The notes below the pieces were generated by a model. It had not been told where the DNA came from. It made no database searches and worked only from the letters and a program-made list of their open reading frames with translations. DNA of 64,000 nucleotides, taken from contig NIVC01001751.1 in the NCBI GenBank assembly GCA_002269645.1, positions 124,001 through 188,000 on the forward strand, written 5' to 3'. The stretch comes from Macrostomum lignano. Lineage: Eukaryota. The translations under genes and the position numbers were made by a program. This document shows, piece after piece, positions 34,975-47,560 of the stretch; positions within the stretch are counted from its first letter, which is position 1, and each line of letters opens with the position of its first letter.

Positions 34975-36156
34975 CTGCTGGCGCATCGAGCCGGCAATCT
35001 CGGCATTCTCAGACGCGGCCAATCGGTCAATGAGCTCGGCTGCCAATTCAGCTGTTGCCAAGCGAATCCGAGAATTTCCTTGGCAGGCGCTGGCAAGCAG
35101 TTTTAGCAGGGCCTCGGCCAGGCGGCCGGCACTGCCGGACACAACCCGTTCAATAGACTGGCCGTGCAAGCCGGGACTCCGGGCCAGCGAGTGCAGCAGG
35201 CCGAGCGAGTGCAGCGCAAACGAGTCGGCATCGACCGAATCTGCCGAATTGGCGGCGGCTTCCAAGGCGGACAGCAGAGCCTCGAGCAGGCTGCCCGATT
35301 GGGGCGTCTGCGCCAGCTGATGAGGCACATCGTCAAGAGCGTCTTCGAACGTGTCGCCTCCGCTGCCGTCCTCTGAAGACGAGGCCAGGTCGGCAGTCGC
35401 TGCCGCCTCCTCGTCCGGCAGGGAGCCCTGCCGCTGGACGCTGCCATCCTGCCCGACTCGAATGCCTGGCCGAGGTCGGCCGGCCCGTTTGTCAAGCGCT
35501 TCGGCCAGACTCTCGGCCGGCCGGACGAATTCCCGGTTGCGACAGGCGGCCAGTCCGGTCAGAGCGGCGTCAAGCAGGCGCCGACAAAGTGGCGGATGGT
35601 GCACAGCCAGGTAGAGGTGAGCCAGCAGGTAGGCGGCTAGGGAGCGGTTGACGCCAACGCTGGTGGATGCCGAGCTGGGGTCGCCGCCAAGCAGGGAGCG
35701 CACAGTCAGCGGCAGCAGGAGACCGTCAACCAGATAGTCGGTCAGGGTGGCGTTCAACGCTTCGATGCCTAGACGGAGAACGTCGCCAATGTAATGCAGC
35801 TGGTCCAGGTGCTCGGAGACCAGGTCGGCTAGGCGAGCCCTGGCGGTGTGATCCGACCGGATGCAAGCGTCCATCTCTAGCGCGTGGCTGCCCATCACCC
35901 AGACCAAATTGGAAAAGTAGGGCCCGGCTGATTTCTCGCGAATATAACGCATCATGGCCTTATCGTCAACCCTATAGACATTGAGGGTGATGGTGCGAAC
36001 GGCTATGCGCACCATGCTCTCCGGGTGGTTGAAGAATTTTATGGCCTCGGTGTACAGAGCGAAGTCGTTAGTGTGCTCATTGTAGAAGAAGTGAATTGTG
36101 TGCTTGTTCAGCTTCAGCGATAGAGTCTTCAGAAACGATATGTAGTAGGCCATCAC
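34975..36156 (-). CDS. CLEC16A: CLEC16A exon 2
   Basis: 1182 nt, phase 0/0. VMAYYISFLKTLSLKLN..FNHPESMVRIAVRTITLNVY is near-identical to the FPL domain. Confidence 0.95.
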
Positions 36157-36404
36157 CTGGGCAAAGAGAGGGTGGGTAAAACTTGACACTTCAACCATAT
36201 TTTTTAATCACTTGACTCAATAGTTTTTATGCGCCATCAATTACTCCAACTTAAAAGTACATCCGTGTTCTCATAATCACTCCTATTTTAAAGTAGGCCT
36301 AAGATTAAAAAAAAGATTTTAGAGAGCTAAGAACCCCTATAACAGGTTTTTTTGTGCAATAAAGATGCTATAGCATCCTGACTCTCCTGACATTTGTAGC
36401 ACAT

Positions 36405-36835
36405 CAATGTGCCTAATCACTCCTATTTAAAAGTACATCAATGTACCCAATCACTCCTATTCAAAAGTACATCAGTGTGTCCAGAATCATTCCCATTGAA
36501 AAGTACATCAGTGTGCCCAGAATCATTCCCATTTAAAAGTACATCAGTGTGCCCAGAATCATTCCCATTGAAAAGTACTTCAGTGTGCCCAGAATCATTT
36601 TCATTCAAAAGTACATCTGTGTGCCCAGAATCATTCCCATTCAAAAGTACATCAGTGTGCCCAGAATCATTCCCATTCAAAAGTACATCAGTGTGCTCAG
36701 AATCATTCCCATTCAAAAGTACATCAGTGCCCAGAATCATTCCCATTCAAAAGTACATCAGTGTGCCAAAAATCATTCCCATTCAAAAGTACATCAGTGT
36801 GCCCAGAATCATTCCCATTCAAAAAGTACATCAGT
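36405..36835. repeat. 36-bp intronic minisatellite, about 12 copies
   Basis: Unit AAAAGTACATCAGTGTGCCCAGAATCATTCCCATTC (12-aa periodicity). Confidence 0.93.
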
Positions 36836-36918
36836 GTGTCCAGTCCAGAAGCTCTTCCCTTAAAACTTTCCCCGTATAAGTTATTGGCATTGCTGACAAA
36901 ATAGGCCATTTCGCATAC

Positions 36919-37338
36919 CTCTTCATCGTTGAAGTCGAACTTCTGACAGATAATTGAGTTAACATGGTTATTAGACAGCAGATAATACACTGAAGACTCC
37001 TTGCTGATGTTCTCAAACAGAATGCTGAGGGTCTGAAGCAGCTGGACGCAGATGAACTGGCCAGACTTCTGCTTCATATAATTAAGAAAGAATGACAGCA
37101 GACTCTTCTCAAGAAAGAAGTCAAACACTGTATCGTCATTCTGATCTCCCCAGATCAAAGTTTCGGACATCGATCGCAGGGCCTCAACTACTAGGCTCCG
37201 ATTCTGCTCAGTGACATTTTGGTTTTTGCAGAGCACGCCATACAAATACTTAAGATACTCAAGCGAGTGCGGATTCTTCGACTTCCACAGCTGGCCAGAG
37301 GAGAAGAATCCGCCGCCTTTGCCCGAGCGTGAGAACAT
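36919..37338 (-). CDS. CLEC16A: CLEC16A first coding exon (FPL domain)
   Basis: ATG at 37338. Motifs HSLEYLKYLY, LIWGDQND..FDFFLEK, VQLLQTLSILFEN, YLLSNNHVN. Donor GAG|gtatgc. Confidence 0.95.
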
Positions 37339-39359
37339 GAGAGCGAGGTCTGGTCTGGCTGCATGACAAGAAAATCAGAAATTTAATTAAAATTACTCGT
37401 ATATCCTTTAGCCTAAAAAAGTAACCAATTGATAATTAAATAAATGCAAACATTTATAAAAAAGATAATAAAACTCTTTGTGTAACCCTTTTCATATTGT
37501 TATCTTAATTTATATCAAATCTTACATTAAATACCTTTCATTCAGGATTAAATTTCCTTTTTTTAAAGTTTTGATACTTAAATTATGGCAAAACAAATCA
37601 ACAAAGTACTAAAAACTGTCACATAAAGGCTTTCTAGATACAAATGTCATTTTTGTAGAAAAATTTCCTACCAGCTAGGTAAAACTTGAGGTTGCATGTG
37701 TATGTTAATTTTTTTGTAATTAGTATAGTTAGTAACCTTTATGCCAAATGTACAACTTTGACTTCACTTTTTCTATTATCAATAATTACTTTCAATAGCA
37801 TTTCTCTATATTCTTATAATGTCTAACCCCATTAGCTATATTATTATATGTGCTCAATATAAATTAATAATATACATCAAGATGATAAACTATAATAACA
37901 AACCTCTACTAATACAATATTTATTAATGCAAAAACTATTAAGCCAATAACAGTGAAGTTAGATAGTCTAGCCTATTTTAAAAGTTAAAGTTGGAGTCAT
38001 ACCATTATAATATAATTAGTTTGCCTTTATTGTGCTTATAATTCTAATTGCTGCAAAGTCTATTTAAAAGCATGACCAGGTTGTGGCTACTAAACCTATA
38101 ACCTATATACATTGTGATTCTATTCATAGCTATATCAATGACTTCAAAACAGTTTTTTTATTAAATTTATAGCTGATTGTAATATTAGGCATTTAAGGCC
38201 AACCAAGCTTTCTAAATCAAGACTATTTTATATATTGTTAACTTGCCTATCTATGCAATAATATAAATCTTGCCTATCTTTATTGTGATATAAAGTGCTT
38301 GGCTAATGTATTTATTAGAAAGAAAAAAAATTATCAGAATAAAAATTGATGTAAGACATCAGTTAGTTAACTATTGGTAGCTTTTTTTCTAGGGCAATTT
38401 ATTGCTTTAATACAAGAACTAAATAAGAAATAAAATTTTTTTTGTATTACAAAAATTTATTATTTTCTAAGAAGTTAGGAACTAGCTTTGTGTTAATAAG
38501 AAAACTCAAAGAAATTAGATAGGCCAAATATTTTCCTATTCTTGGTTTTGTCTAGGCCTATTGTACATTCTCTATGTTCTAAAAGTACATTTGTCTAACT
38601 GTTAATTTTTAGCTTTTTGACCTATCTATATATTATTTTAATTTTTTCCAAATGCCTATTTATACTTAATTACATTAGTCTGCCTAGAATCACTTTAGTG
38701 ACTCTAAATTTATAAACTAAAGTTACTAAAGTTGCTAAAATTATTGCATTTATATATTAAATTTAAATCTTATATCAAATACATTAAAATCTAAACAAAA
38801 AACAGCTGGGATATAAGGCATTTTGGCAACAGTTCATTTTAGCAAGAAGAAATTTATTTACTTTGGCAATAATTAGTAAATATATCTCAATTGTCTATGC
38901 TCTGCAAGTCTGTGCTTCCTAGGTCTATTGATGCTTGCTTCTATCCAAGTTAGAATATATTGTAAATCTATCTAAAAATCTATGGCCAGGGGTACTCAAA
39001 TAATAACTCATTATACTAAGTAAAAAGCACATTAAATAATAGGACTTTTGATCCTATACCATAGTGTAGATCATGCTAATTGCATGTCTAAACAAGAATT
39101 GAATGATGGCCAAATGTATGCTAATGTATATCAAAAAAGTTTTTAGTACATGCCAGCTAAAAATTAAAAATATCTTTTATAATATTTTGCCTGATGCCTG
39201 TTAATTATTCTATACTAGTTGATATAAATTCAAATGTACAAAGCAAAGCTTCAAGAATTTATGCCTAAAATGGACATTTTCTACTTATTATATAAACTTT
39301 TCCATGTGATTGCATAAAGTGTAGGGTTATGATGCAAAGATAATAAATGATCTTATATA

Positions 39360-40651
39360 CGAGGGGGGTTCAAAAAGTTTTGTTGTTTGGCTATATCACA
39401 TAATATTTTCATGAAACTTTTTTGGTTTAGAATAGTACTTTTATATAGAGTGTATATGGCAGATGTTCAACCTTCTATCAGTTTTTAAAGTCATTTTTTC
39501 AGCAAGAACTCAAGGCATTCCCTGCATTTTCAGCAAAATTGAGAAACAGGAGTATCGAGCTTTCATTAAATTTTTTACCATAAAAGGATTAAAGCCACCA
39601 GCAATCAAAGCAGAAATCAAGTCTGTGTACCCCACAACTTGCCCGTCTCTATGCACAATTGAGAGACACCATACTGAATTTAAGCAAGGCAGGGTGACCC
39701 TCGAAGATGACCCCCGGAGTAGGCGCCCTGCTACTAGTGCCAACCAGGAGAAAGTTGATGCAGTTGCCAAGCTCCTGGATGAAGATCGGCAAATTTGACT
39801 TGCCAGCATTGTATACACTGTTGGCATCTCAATTGGCTCAGTTGAGGAAATCCTGCACCAAATCCTTGGATACAACAAGGTCAGTGCCCATTGGGTGCCC
39901 GAATGCTTTTGCAGGACCACAAGCTGAATCGGGTGAACTCTAGCCACTTCATGCTTGACCTGTACAATGCAGACCCAAATGGATTCGAGTGACGAATCAT
40001 AACAGGGGATGAGTGCTGGCTACACCACTATGACCCTGAGTCCAAGCGTGACTCCATGGAGTGGCGGCGCCCAGGAGAAGGTGCACCTTGCAAGTTCAAG
40101 CAAGTGAAGTTGGCTGACAAGGTCTTGGGCTGCTTCTTCTGCGATTGTCAGGGGATGCTGCTTGCTGAGTACCTGCCAGTTGGGCACACTGTGACAGGTG
40201 TGCGGTACGCTGAACAGCTGGGCCGACTTTGTCAAGCAGTTGTCAGGAAGAGGCAAGGCAAGTTGAGTGCTCACCCCCTGCTGCTTCATGACAATGCCCC
40301 TGCTCACACAGCCCAAGTTGCAGTGAATGCTGCCACCACTGCAGGATTCGAAATTCTGCCCCATCCTACCTATTCACCAGACCTGGCCTTACAGATTTCT
40401 ACTTGTTTTGCCAGCTGAAGAAGCCACTCCGAGGGCGCCATTTTGAGTCCAATGAGGAAGTCATCGCCCTCATGAACCAGTGGCTGGAGGACCAGACAGC
40501 AACCTTCTACACCAGCGGCATCCAAGAGCTGCGTGACCATTGGCAGAAGTATATTGATCGCCAAGGAGATTATATTGAAAAATAATGTAGCCTTGTCCCA
40601 AAATTTTTTGTTTGAATGTACAAACAACAAAACTTTTCAAACCCTCCCTTG
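39360..40651 (+). mobile_element. Full-length (1292 bp) but dead mariner, irritans/Hsmar2-like
   Basis: TA TSDs at 39358-39359 and 40652-40653. TIR C(G/A)AGGG..GGTT..AAAAGTTTTGTTGTTTG. Motifs WVP, TGDECW, HDNAPAH and YSPDLA are split by stops and frameshifts. Confidence 0.92.
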
Positions 40652-41446
40652 TATATTAAAATAAAATAGTTCATTAACTTCCCCCATAGTCAGGTTTATG
40701 GCATACATATGCCAGAACAAATCCTATCAAAAAGTTTGATTGCACTATGCACTACAACTATTCCTGTCAAATAAGTTTACTTTGCTATATCATATGCCAG
40801 AACATTTTTTTATAAAAAAAACAAGAACACAAAAATTAATTTTTCTATTTTAAAAATACTTATAAAACATGTATTTGAATCTACTTCATAGAAAATTCAA
40901 TGTTAATATACTTTATTTGAAAAAAATCTATCAATATAAATATACTATTAAACAAGAAAGTGCTAATTTTCTGTCTATAAAATTATTGTTCCATTAAAAA
41001 ATTTTCTTGCCAAATTGTAACAGTTTTTGTCTTGCACCATACTATACCAGATTTCCCTCTTCCCATCATCTGCTGTTGCACCAGAATGTGCTAGCATAGT
41101 TACTTGTTCAACATCTTTTTGTGCCATAATTTTCTATGAAAAAGGCCATCTTCCTAACTATGGCAATGCCCTGGAATTCATTAGTCTTTATTTTATTTTA
41201 ATTTATTCATTTAAGTAAAATTTATTACTTCAATTATAAATTCTAGGGCATTGCCCTAGATGTGCATCTGATAAGCTTAGAATTTGACTATTAAAATGTT
41301 TAAATAATAGGCCTAAGACTAAGCTACCACAATGTAATCAATAATATTAGACCTCTCAGTTTATGCCTATACTAAATTAGGCCCTACTTTATATCATATT
41401 TATTAAATTAAAAATGATACAATTGGCCATTACACCCTATACTTAT

Positions 41447-43547
41447 GGTTCCGGCCAAAGTCGTCATATTTGAGATCGTCATCTATGGCTTACGAGAAAA
41501 ACAACTAAATTATCTAAATCGTCATCATCTCAGTATTAGACAATGCTGCATTCACTAAATTGTCATATTGTGTTGCATTGGCTACGCAAGGATCTTAGCT
41601 CATGGCAGCAGCATGTTCTTGTTTAACAAAAAATAAAACAATTTACAGTGTATAACTTAAGGCTTATTCAAACTACTATCAAATGAGCTATCAAAATCAT
41701 ACAGTCAAATACAAAGGAATCAAATTAAATGAGCCTTTATAGGCCAGGGAAATAATCTCAATTATACAAGTACATTATGTACCCTGTACAATGTAACTGT
41801 GTACATATAGTTTTTTGATCTCATGTACACGATGTACATGTGTATATATTGCATGAATGAAAGCAGATATATGTACATGCATGGCTTACACTGAATATTG
41901 AGCACTCCTGCAACGCTTTTACTGCAGCTTAACTTTATAAACAGGGGCAAACTCTACTAGTGAGTTGATGAATTGTGAACTGATAAATATCACTCATCGC
42001 TCATTGACGATGCGAATCCAGCACCAGTTGAGCAGCCTGCAGCTGAGTTGGATGATTATTCGTTGTTGGGTGAGCTGTATGCTGATGTCCAGCCCTTTGA
42101 AATGCCATCAGTAATTGCAGAGAACGCCCTTGCTGAATTACCAGTGCAGCCTCCTCTCATCAAAGATCAGCAGGAAATGCACTTTGAAGTCCTTCATGGT
42201 GCTAGTCAGAGAGGGAAGGATGTCTGTATTACTTTTAGTAGTACAGAGTCCCCCCCGGTCATCAGCAGCGAACATCAAAGTTAAGAGATCACCTGCTAGC
42301 TATCTGCAAAGACTGTAATATTAGCACCATCCTGGGTCTACAGCTGCGAAGCACTAAGCTGATTTGGTCACTGCATGTGGATTACCTGGTCTCTGGCTAT
42401 TGAGTTTCTGATTGGTTGGGTGAGAAGCTGCCTAGACTTGCTTGATTGGGTGATTCCTTATCTGTCCCCTGTTTTAGTAGCTGGATTAGGTGCACACTTT
42501 TGCTCTTTTTGTTTAGTAGTGCTGTTTGCTAAGGCAGAAGTCATTCAATAATACTGCTAGTAGTCTAAAACTCCAATTCTATCTGAAGTGTGAAGTGATC
42601 TGAGGAGAAGGTTAAATCTAACAGTTATTTTTATTGGTTTTATTTCTTTGTTTGCCGATGGCTCAGATGAGTAGCTAAGCTAGTAGGCGCCGGTCACAGT
42701 GGACCAATGGCAAGGCAGTTCTCAGTTGATCAATCTATCAAATCAATGAGCAAAATTGCCTCGGCGAGTGCAGAATCGGTGCTAGAGATGTACTTTGTAC
42801 ACTCTAGGATTGCCAAGCAGCTCGGGTAATGAATCATGTGGTCTCTGATGTTCAAGTTAGCCTATCATCAGCACTAGGAGAGGCTGGTTGGGGCATTGCA
42901 GGCCCGAAGGCTTCCCCACAAGGGGGCCAAAAGGTCAAAACCCGTCAATTGTACACAGCTAGGCAGCTGAGCATCCGCAGATTCCTATGTGCTTACAGTC
43001 AGCTTCAGCCTGAAGGATTGCATTAAGGATTGCAAGCTTTTGCTTTAAATTTTTGTAATATTTTTATTTACTGAAATTGAAATATGAAATTTGCTTTTAA
43101 CTTGGAACTAATTTTATTGCATCATCACGCCTAGCCTTATAAAAATGTCAGCTATACAGTGTAGTTAATTTTTCGTGTTTTTATTTAATTGGCCAATAAT
43201 TGATACTTATAGTACATGTATATCAACAAATGAAATATAACTTAAAACTTGTGTTCCTTGCTACTGTAGGCAGTTCTCTTCATATAAATTAGTTTTGATA
43301 TTCATCATCTCTCTACTGTTAATTATATATTAGTCTCAGTAGTCATGCAGCAATCAGCATTAATTGACACAGTTAATATAAAAATTATGGGTGCATGCAA
43401 AGGATTTTTGCCTGAAGGTAGGAAAATCCTAAATATGACCCTTGCCTTTGGTCAAAGTCGTCATATTTAAATGTTTAAGTCTTCCAGATTTGTTCAAGTC
43501 GTCATCATCATATGACAATTTTGAATATGACGATTTTGGCTGCACCC
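41447..43547 (+). mobile_element. Mutator-like (MULE) non-autonomous DNA transposon
   Basis: Imperfect TIRs GG(T/G)T(C/G)C(G/A)GCCAAA(G/A)TCGTCATATT and a perfect 8-bp TSD ATACTTAT (41439-41446, 43548-43555). Internal FEVLHGASQRGKDV resembles the start of a FLYWCH domain. Confidence 0.7.
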
Positions 43548-44577
43548 ATACTTATAGGCAAGACTCTAGGCAAGATACTCAAGACTCTTAAGTATAAAAT
43601 CATAAAATAAAAAAGAATAGGCCCTAGGGCTAGGCCTAGTTAATATACATAAAATGTTTTACATAAATGAAAAATAGGCTATCTAGCAGAATTGTTCATT
43701 AAATTCCTTTCTCGTTATTTAAGTGATTCTTACCAATCCTAGCATTTGACTTTGAGGAGTCTAAAAAAGCTTACTAAAAAAATAAAGTATTACACCATAG
43801 CATAGCATTAAGTATTAGAATAGAACTTAGCAAATTAAATTGTAAAACTCAGTAATTGTTAGGCTAGAAATCTCATTAAATAGAAATTCATTTACAAATG
43901 ATTAATAAATTAAATAATAAATAAATAATTTAAATAAACTAATGAAGCTAAGCTACTTGTCTTGTTACTTAAAGAATCACCAAAGTTGCTAGTTGCTACT
44001 TACTGCTACTAATTACTGCAGAAGATTTATTAATTGAGAAATGAAACTCTGAATTAATAGCAGCTTAAGTCTAGTTAGCCAAAATTCCACTGATTCACAT
44101 TAACTAAATGTCTAAGATTTGTCTCCGCCTAAATTTAAAGCCTATAACATTCTAGTCACTTGCACACTATTCAATGTCGAGAATCGATTTCTTGTAATTA
44201 TTACTTTTAAACGACTGAAAGATTTCTACTTGGTTCGTCATTACATGTTAAAACAAAGTAGCAGAAAAATATACGTAACCTTTTTACCACGGTTAAAAAT
44301 TGTATCTGTTATTGCTTAATAACTAACATTCAATTGTTCATAAACTACAAATATTCTTCAGTTAAAAATCAGCTGATTTTTTAAACATTTTTAAAAGTTA
44401 TTGGTATCTTTGCTTTGTTTACCAACTTTACCTGGCAAGGTACCTTTTGGCCTTTGCTGGTTATCCAGTAAATTAACTACTGCATAGTGCGTACCAGCTT
44501 TACAAGCCTACTATCTTGCTATAAATTTGAAGTTTGAAAAGTTTCAAGATTATGTACTATATTTTAATATAAATCAA

Positions 44578-44757
44578 ATGGGAAATTGCCTTCGGAATTG
44601 TCTTTCAACTGATCAAGTTAGGCCCAATAGCGGTTCCGACTTTTTTCCTGATAGTAGAAATCAAGCGTCTTCCGAATCTGGCATTGTTATCAATCCGATT
44701 GTGGATCAATTGCAAAGGGGTACAAGGCGCTCATCTCATAATTCGGATGGAGTTCAA
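44578..44757 (+). CDS. RNF11: RNF11 exon 1 (MGNC N-myristoylation motif)
   Basis: ATG GGA AAT TGC; 180 nt; donor CAA|gtgagc. Confidence 0.8.
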
Positions 44758-45641
44758 GTGAGCTTTTTGCATTTTAACTAGCTAGTTTCTTTTTTATTTT
44801 TTCATTAATCGTTGTTCATTTTCTAGTAGGTCTGTAAATATCGTCTGTGATATTTGAAGGCAGATAGATTTTATTTACTGAATCTAGATAGATTTTTATG
44901 TAATTTTTTATAATTTTTTGTGCATCCAAATAATAATAAATTATATATTCTTAATACTTTTGACCTTGGCTTTGAATTAACAATTATGCCAACTTGGTAT
45001 TAAGCTTTGATATGCAATAAAAAGGTTTGTCTACTTATTTTTAAAAGGCATCTGATAATCATAACAATTATTTTGTACTACTTTATATTTTTGCAATTGT
45101 TTCAATGCTCTTATTAAAATATCTTAATTGGATCTAAATGAAATAGAAATATTTTATATTTTCTAATTTCTATTTTTAATCAAGCAATCATAATTTTATG
45201 GTATATATATTCTTATTGTTTATTATGTTAATTATTGTAAGTTTATTTTTTCTTTATTAAGATTTAGCTAAATTTGATATTATAAATAGTCTATGGTTTA
45301 TTTAAATAAATCTAGTTCTAAAATGTCATAGACAGAACTAAATAAAGAACTTATTTATGTATAGCTTTCTTTTCATAGTGACTATACAAATATAAAAAGG
45401 TTTACTAAATTGTGTTAATAGTTCTCATTTTGCTTTATTTACAAACATGGCAAAGCTTTTGTAATTTAAGCAAATAACTTAGACTTATAAAAAGTTTTGC
45501 AAGTTTTTATGAGAAAAGTATCATATCTAGGTCAAATTTATAGGCTTGATATATTTTGCACTCTAGTAAACATGTTTGTTGGGTAAGATTTTGACTACTA
45601 TCACAATGAATCTAATCATCCACCTTATCTCTACTCTGCAG

Positions 45642-45802
45642 GACCCAGCGCCACTTTATTACCTGGCCCCAGGTGTAGGGCGCCGGGTTGACCAGCTGTC
45701 TGAAGAGGAGCAGGTGCGCATTGCGAAAAGGATGGGGCTGATTGGCCACCTGCCAATTCGGCACTACAGCTGCGAAGAGGACGACAAAGACAACAATCCT
45801 GA
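45642..45802 (+). CDS. RNF11: RNF11 exon 2
   Basis: Acceptor ctctgcag|GAC. QLSEEEQVRIAKRMGLIGHLP matches the RNF11 UIM-like motif. Donor GA|gtgcgt. Confidence 0.9.
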
Positions 45803-46334
45803 GTGCGTGTCTTTGTATTTCCAGATTGACCTGAGCAAAATCGCATGCCTAATCCAGTTTTTACTAGATATGGCCTTAACACGAGTTGTATTGTAGACTA
45901 ACCTGTGCGCTGTGTACCCTTCACCGGCTGCTATGATAGTTCAAACAATACTTTCAAATCATAGGGCGTTGTCCAGCAGCCCTGCGCTGCAGTTTCGCTG
46001 ACGTGCGTGCCTGGATTTCAACTGGCTGTTTAATTCTACGCTTTTAAAGAATATTCTGCACTGGATAAGATGCGTCTAATTCTAATTTTAGCCAGTTATA
46101 TCTAAGAGCAGATCTGCATTCTGGGCATTGACAATAGCAGGGGCTGGGTGACCGCGCCGGCTTCAGCCGCAAGATTCAGCTGTTTTATTCATTGTTGGCT
46201 TGACTTGTGCATTTGATGGTCAAACTGTATGCCTAGGAGAGTTCAGCTTTTTTCTACCTAGTACTATAGTGACCCCTAACTTCTGCTATGCAAGAAGGAA
46301 ACCAGCTTCTGGCCCGCATCTGTCCACCTTCCAG

Positions 46335-46518
46335 GTGCGTGATCTGCATGGTTGAATACGCCGAAGGTGACCCGCTGCGGTGCCTGCCCTGCGGCCACGG
46401 CTATCACCGCGCCTGCATCGACGACTGGCTGATGCGCTCCTGCGCCTGCCCCTCCTGCAACCGGCCTGCCGATCCGGCCCTGCTGAACACCTTCAGCCCG
46501 CAGTCCACTGACCGGTGA
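46335..46518 (+). CDS. RNF11: RNF11 exon 3 (RING-H2)
   Basis: Acceptor ttccag|G gives ECVICM...CLPCGHGYHRACIDDWLMRSCACPSC; TGA at 46516-46518. Confidence 0.93.
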
Positions 46519-46709
46519 TGATGAATAACTGTGCCCCTTGCCGCGCAGAGGTGCGCTTAGCTACCTTGAAAGTTTCCTACAGGAAGTGATGTCCCTAATT
46601 AAGCATTGAGAACATGTTTGTTTCATCTGCGTCTGTCTGTCTGCCTTATCAGTCGTTTGTTTTGATTAGCTTTAGGTGTCGTACTATATATGTATAATTA
46701 GGCCTGCAG

Positions 46710-46947
46710 CAGGGGCGTCACCACCGGGGGGGGAGGGCTTGCCAAGGCTTTGTTCCCCAGCCGTCCCACCTTGTGACCAGTTGTGGAAATCAGTAATTTT
46801 GCTTCGGGGCGCCAAAATATAGCGTCTGTGGCGCCAAAATGAGTGCTAACAACTACGATTCTCAAAATATGTACATGTAGGAATTTAGTCATGTACATGT
46901 AGAATTCTTGGCTTCCCCCCACCACAAGATCCATGGCGACGCCCCTG
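46710..46947. mobile_element. 238-bp hAT-like MITE
   Basis: TIR CAGGGGCGTC(A/G)CCA; flanks GCCTGCAG/GCCTAGAG (6 of 8 match, decayed TSD). Confidence 0.7.
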
Positions 46948-47249
46948 GCCTAGAGTTTTAGTTATATAACTGGTTGGAGAAGCCGTTTCTGCTTCCGCCC
47001 GACAAATTATTTAATTAATAACTCAGTTAGTGCCTCTTTCAGGCGAGCTGATTTTAATACGTTCCAAAGTTTTATATATAGTTGACATAGTCTATAATAT
47101 GACCCGTCTATCCTTTTAAGTTCTACGTAGCGTTGATTCAGTCTGGTATAATTTAGTTTGCGTCTACTTAAAGTAGGATTGCACGTTTTCTAATGTTGGC
47201 TGTTAAAATGTTGCTTCAATTTTTGTGTGTATTGAGTTTTACCATAGAG

Positions 47250-47560
47250 TTCTAGACCTAGAATCTGGAGTGGAAACTGCTGGTCAAACCATGGACTTCT
47301 AGACCTAGAATCTGGAGTCGAAACTGCTGGTCAAACCATGGGCTTCTAGACCTAGAATCTGGAGTCGAAACTGCTGGTCAAACCATGGGCTTCTAGACCT
47401 AGAATCTAGGGTAAAAACTGCTGGCCAAACCATGGGTTTCTAGAGTTAGAATCTGGAGTGGAAACTGCTGGCCAAACCATGGGCTTCTAGAGTTAGAATC
47501 TGGAGTGGAAACTGCTGGCCAAACCATGGGCGTCTAGATTTAAAATCTGGAGTGGAAACT
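47250..47560. repeat. 47-bp tandem repeat, about 6.5 copies
   Basis: Unit TTCTAGACCTAGAATCTGGAGTCGAAACTGCTGGTCAAACCATGGGC. Confidence 0.92.
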
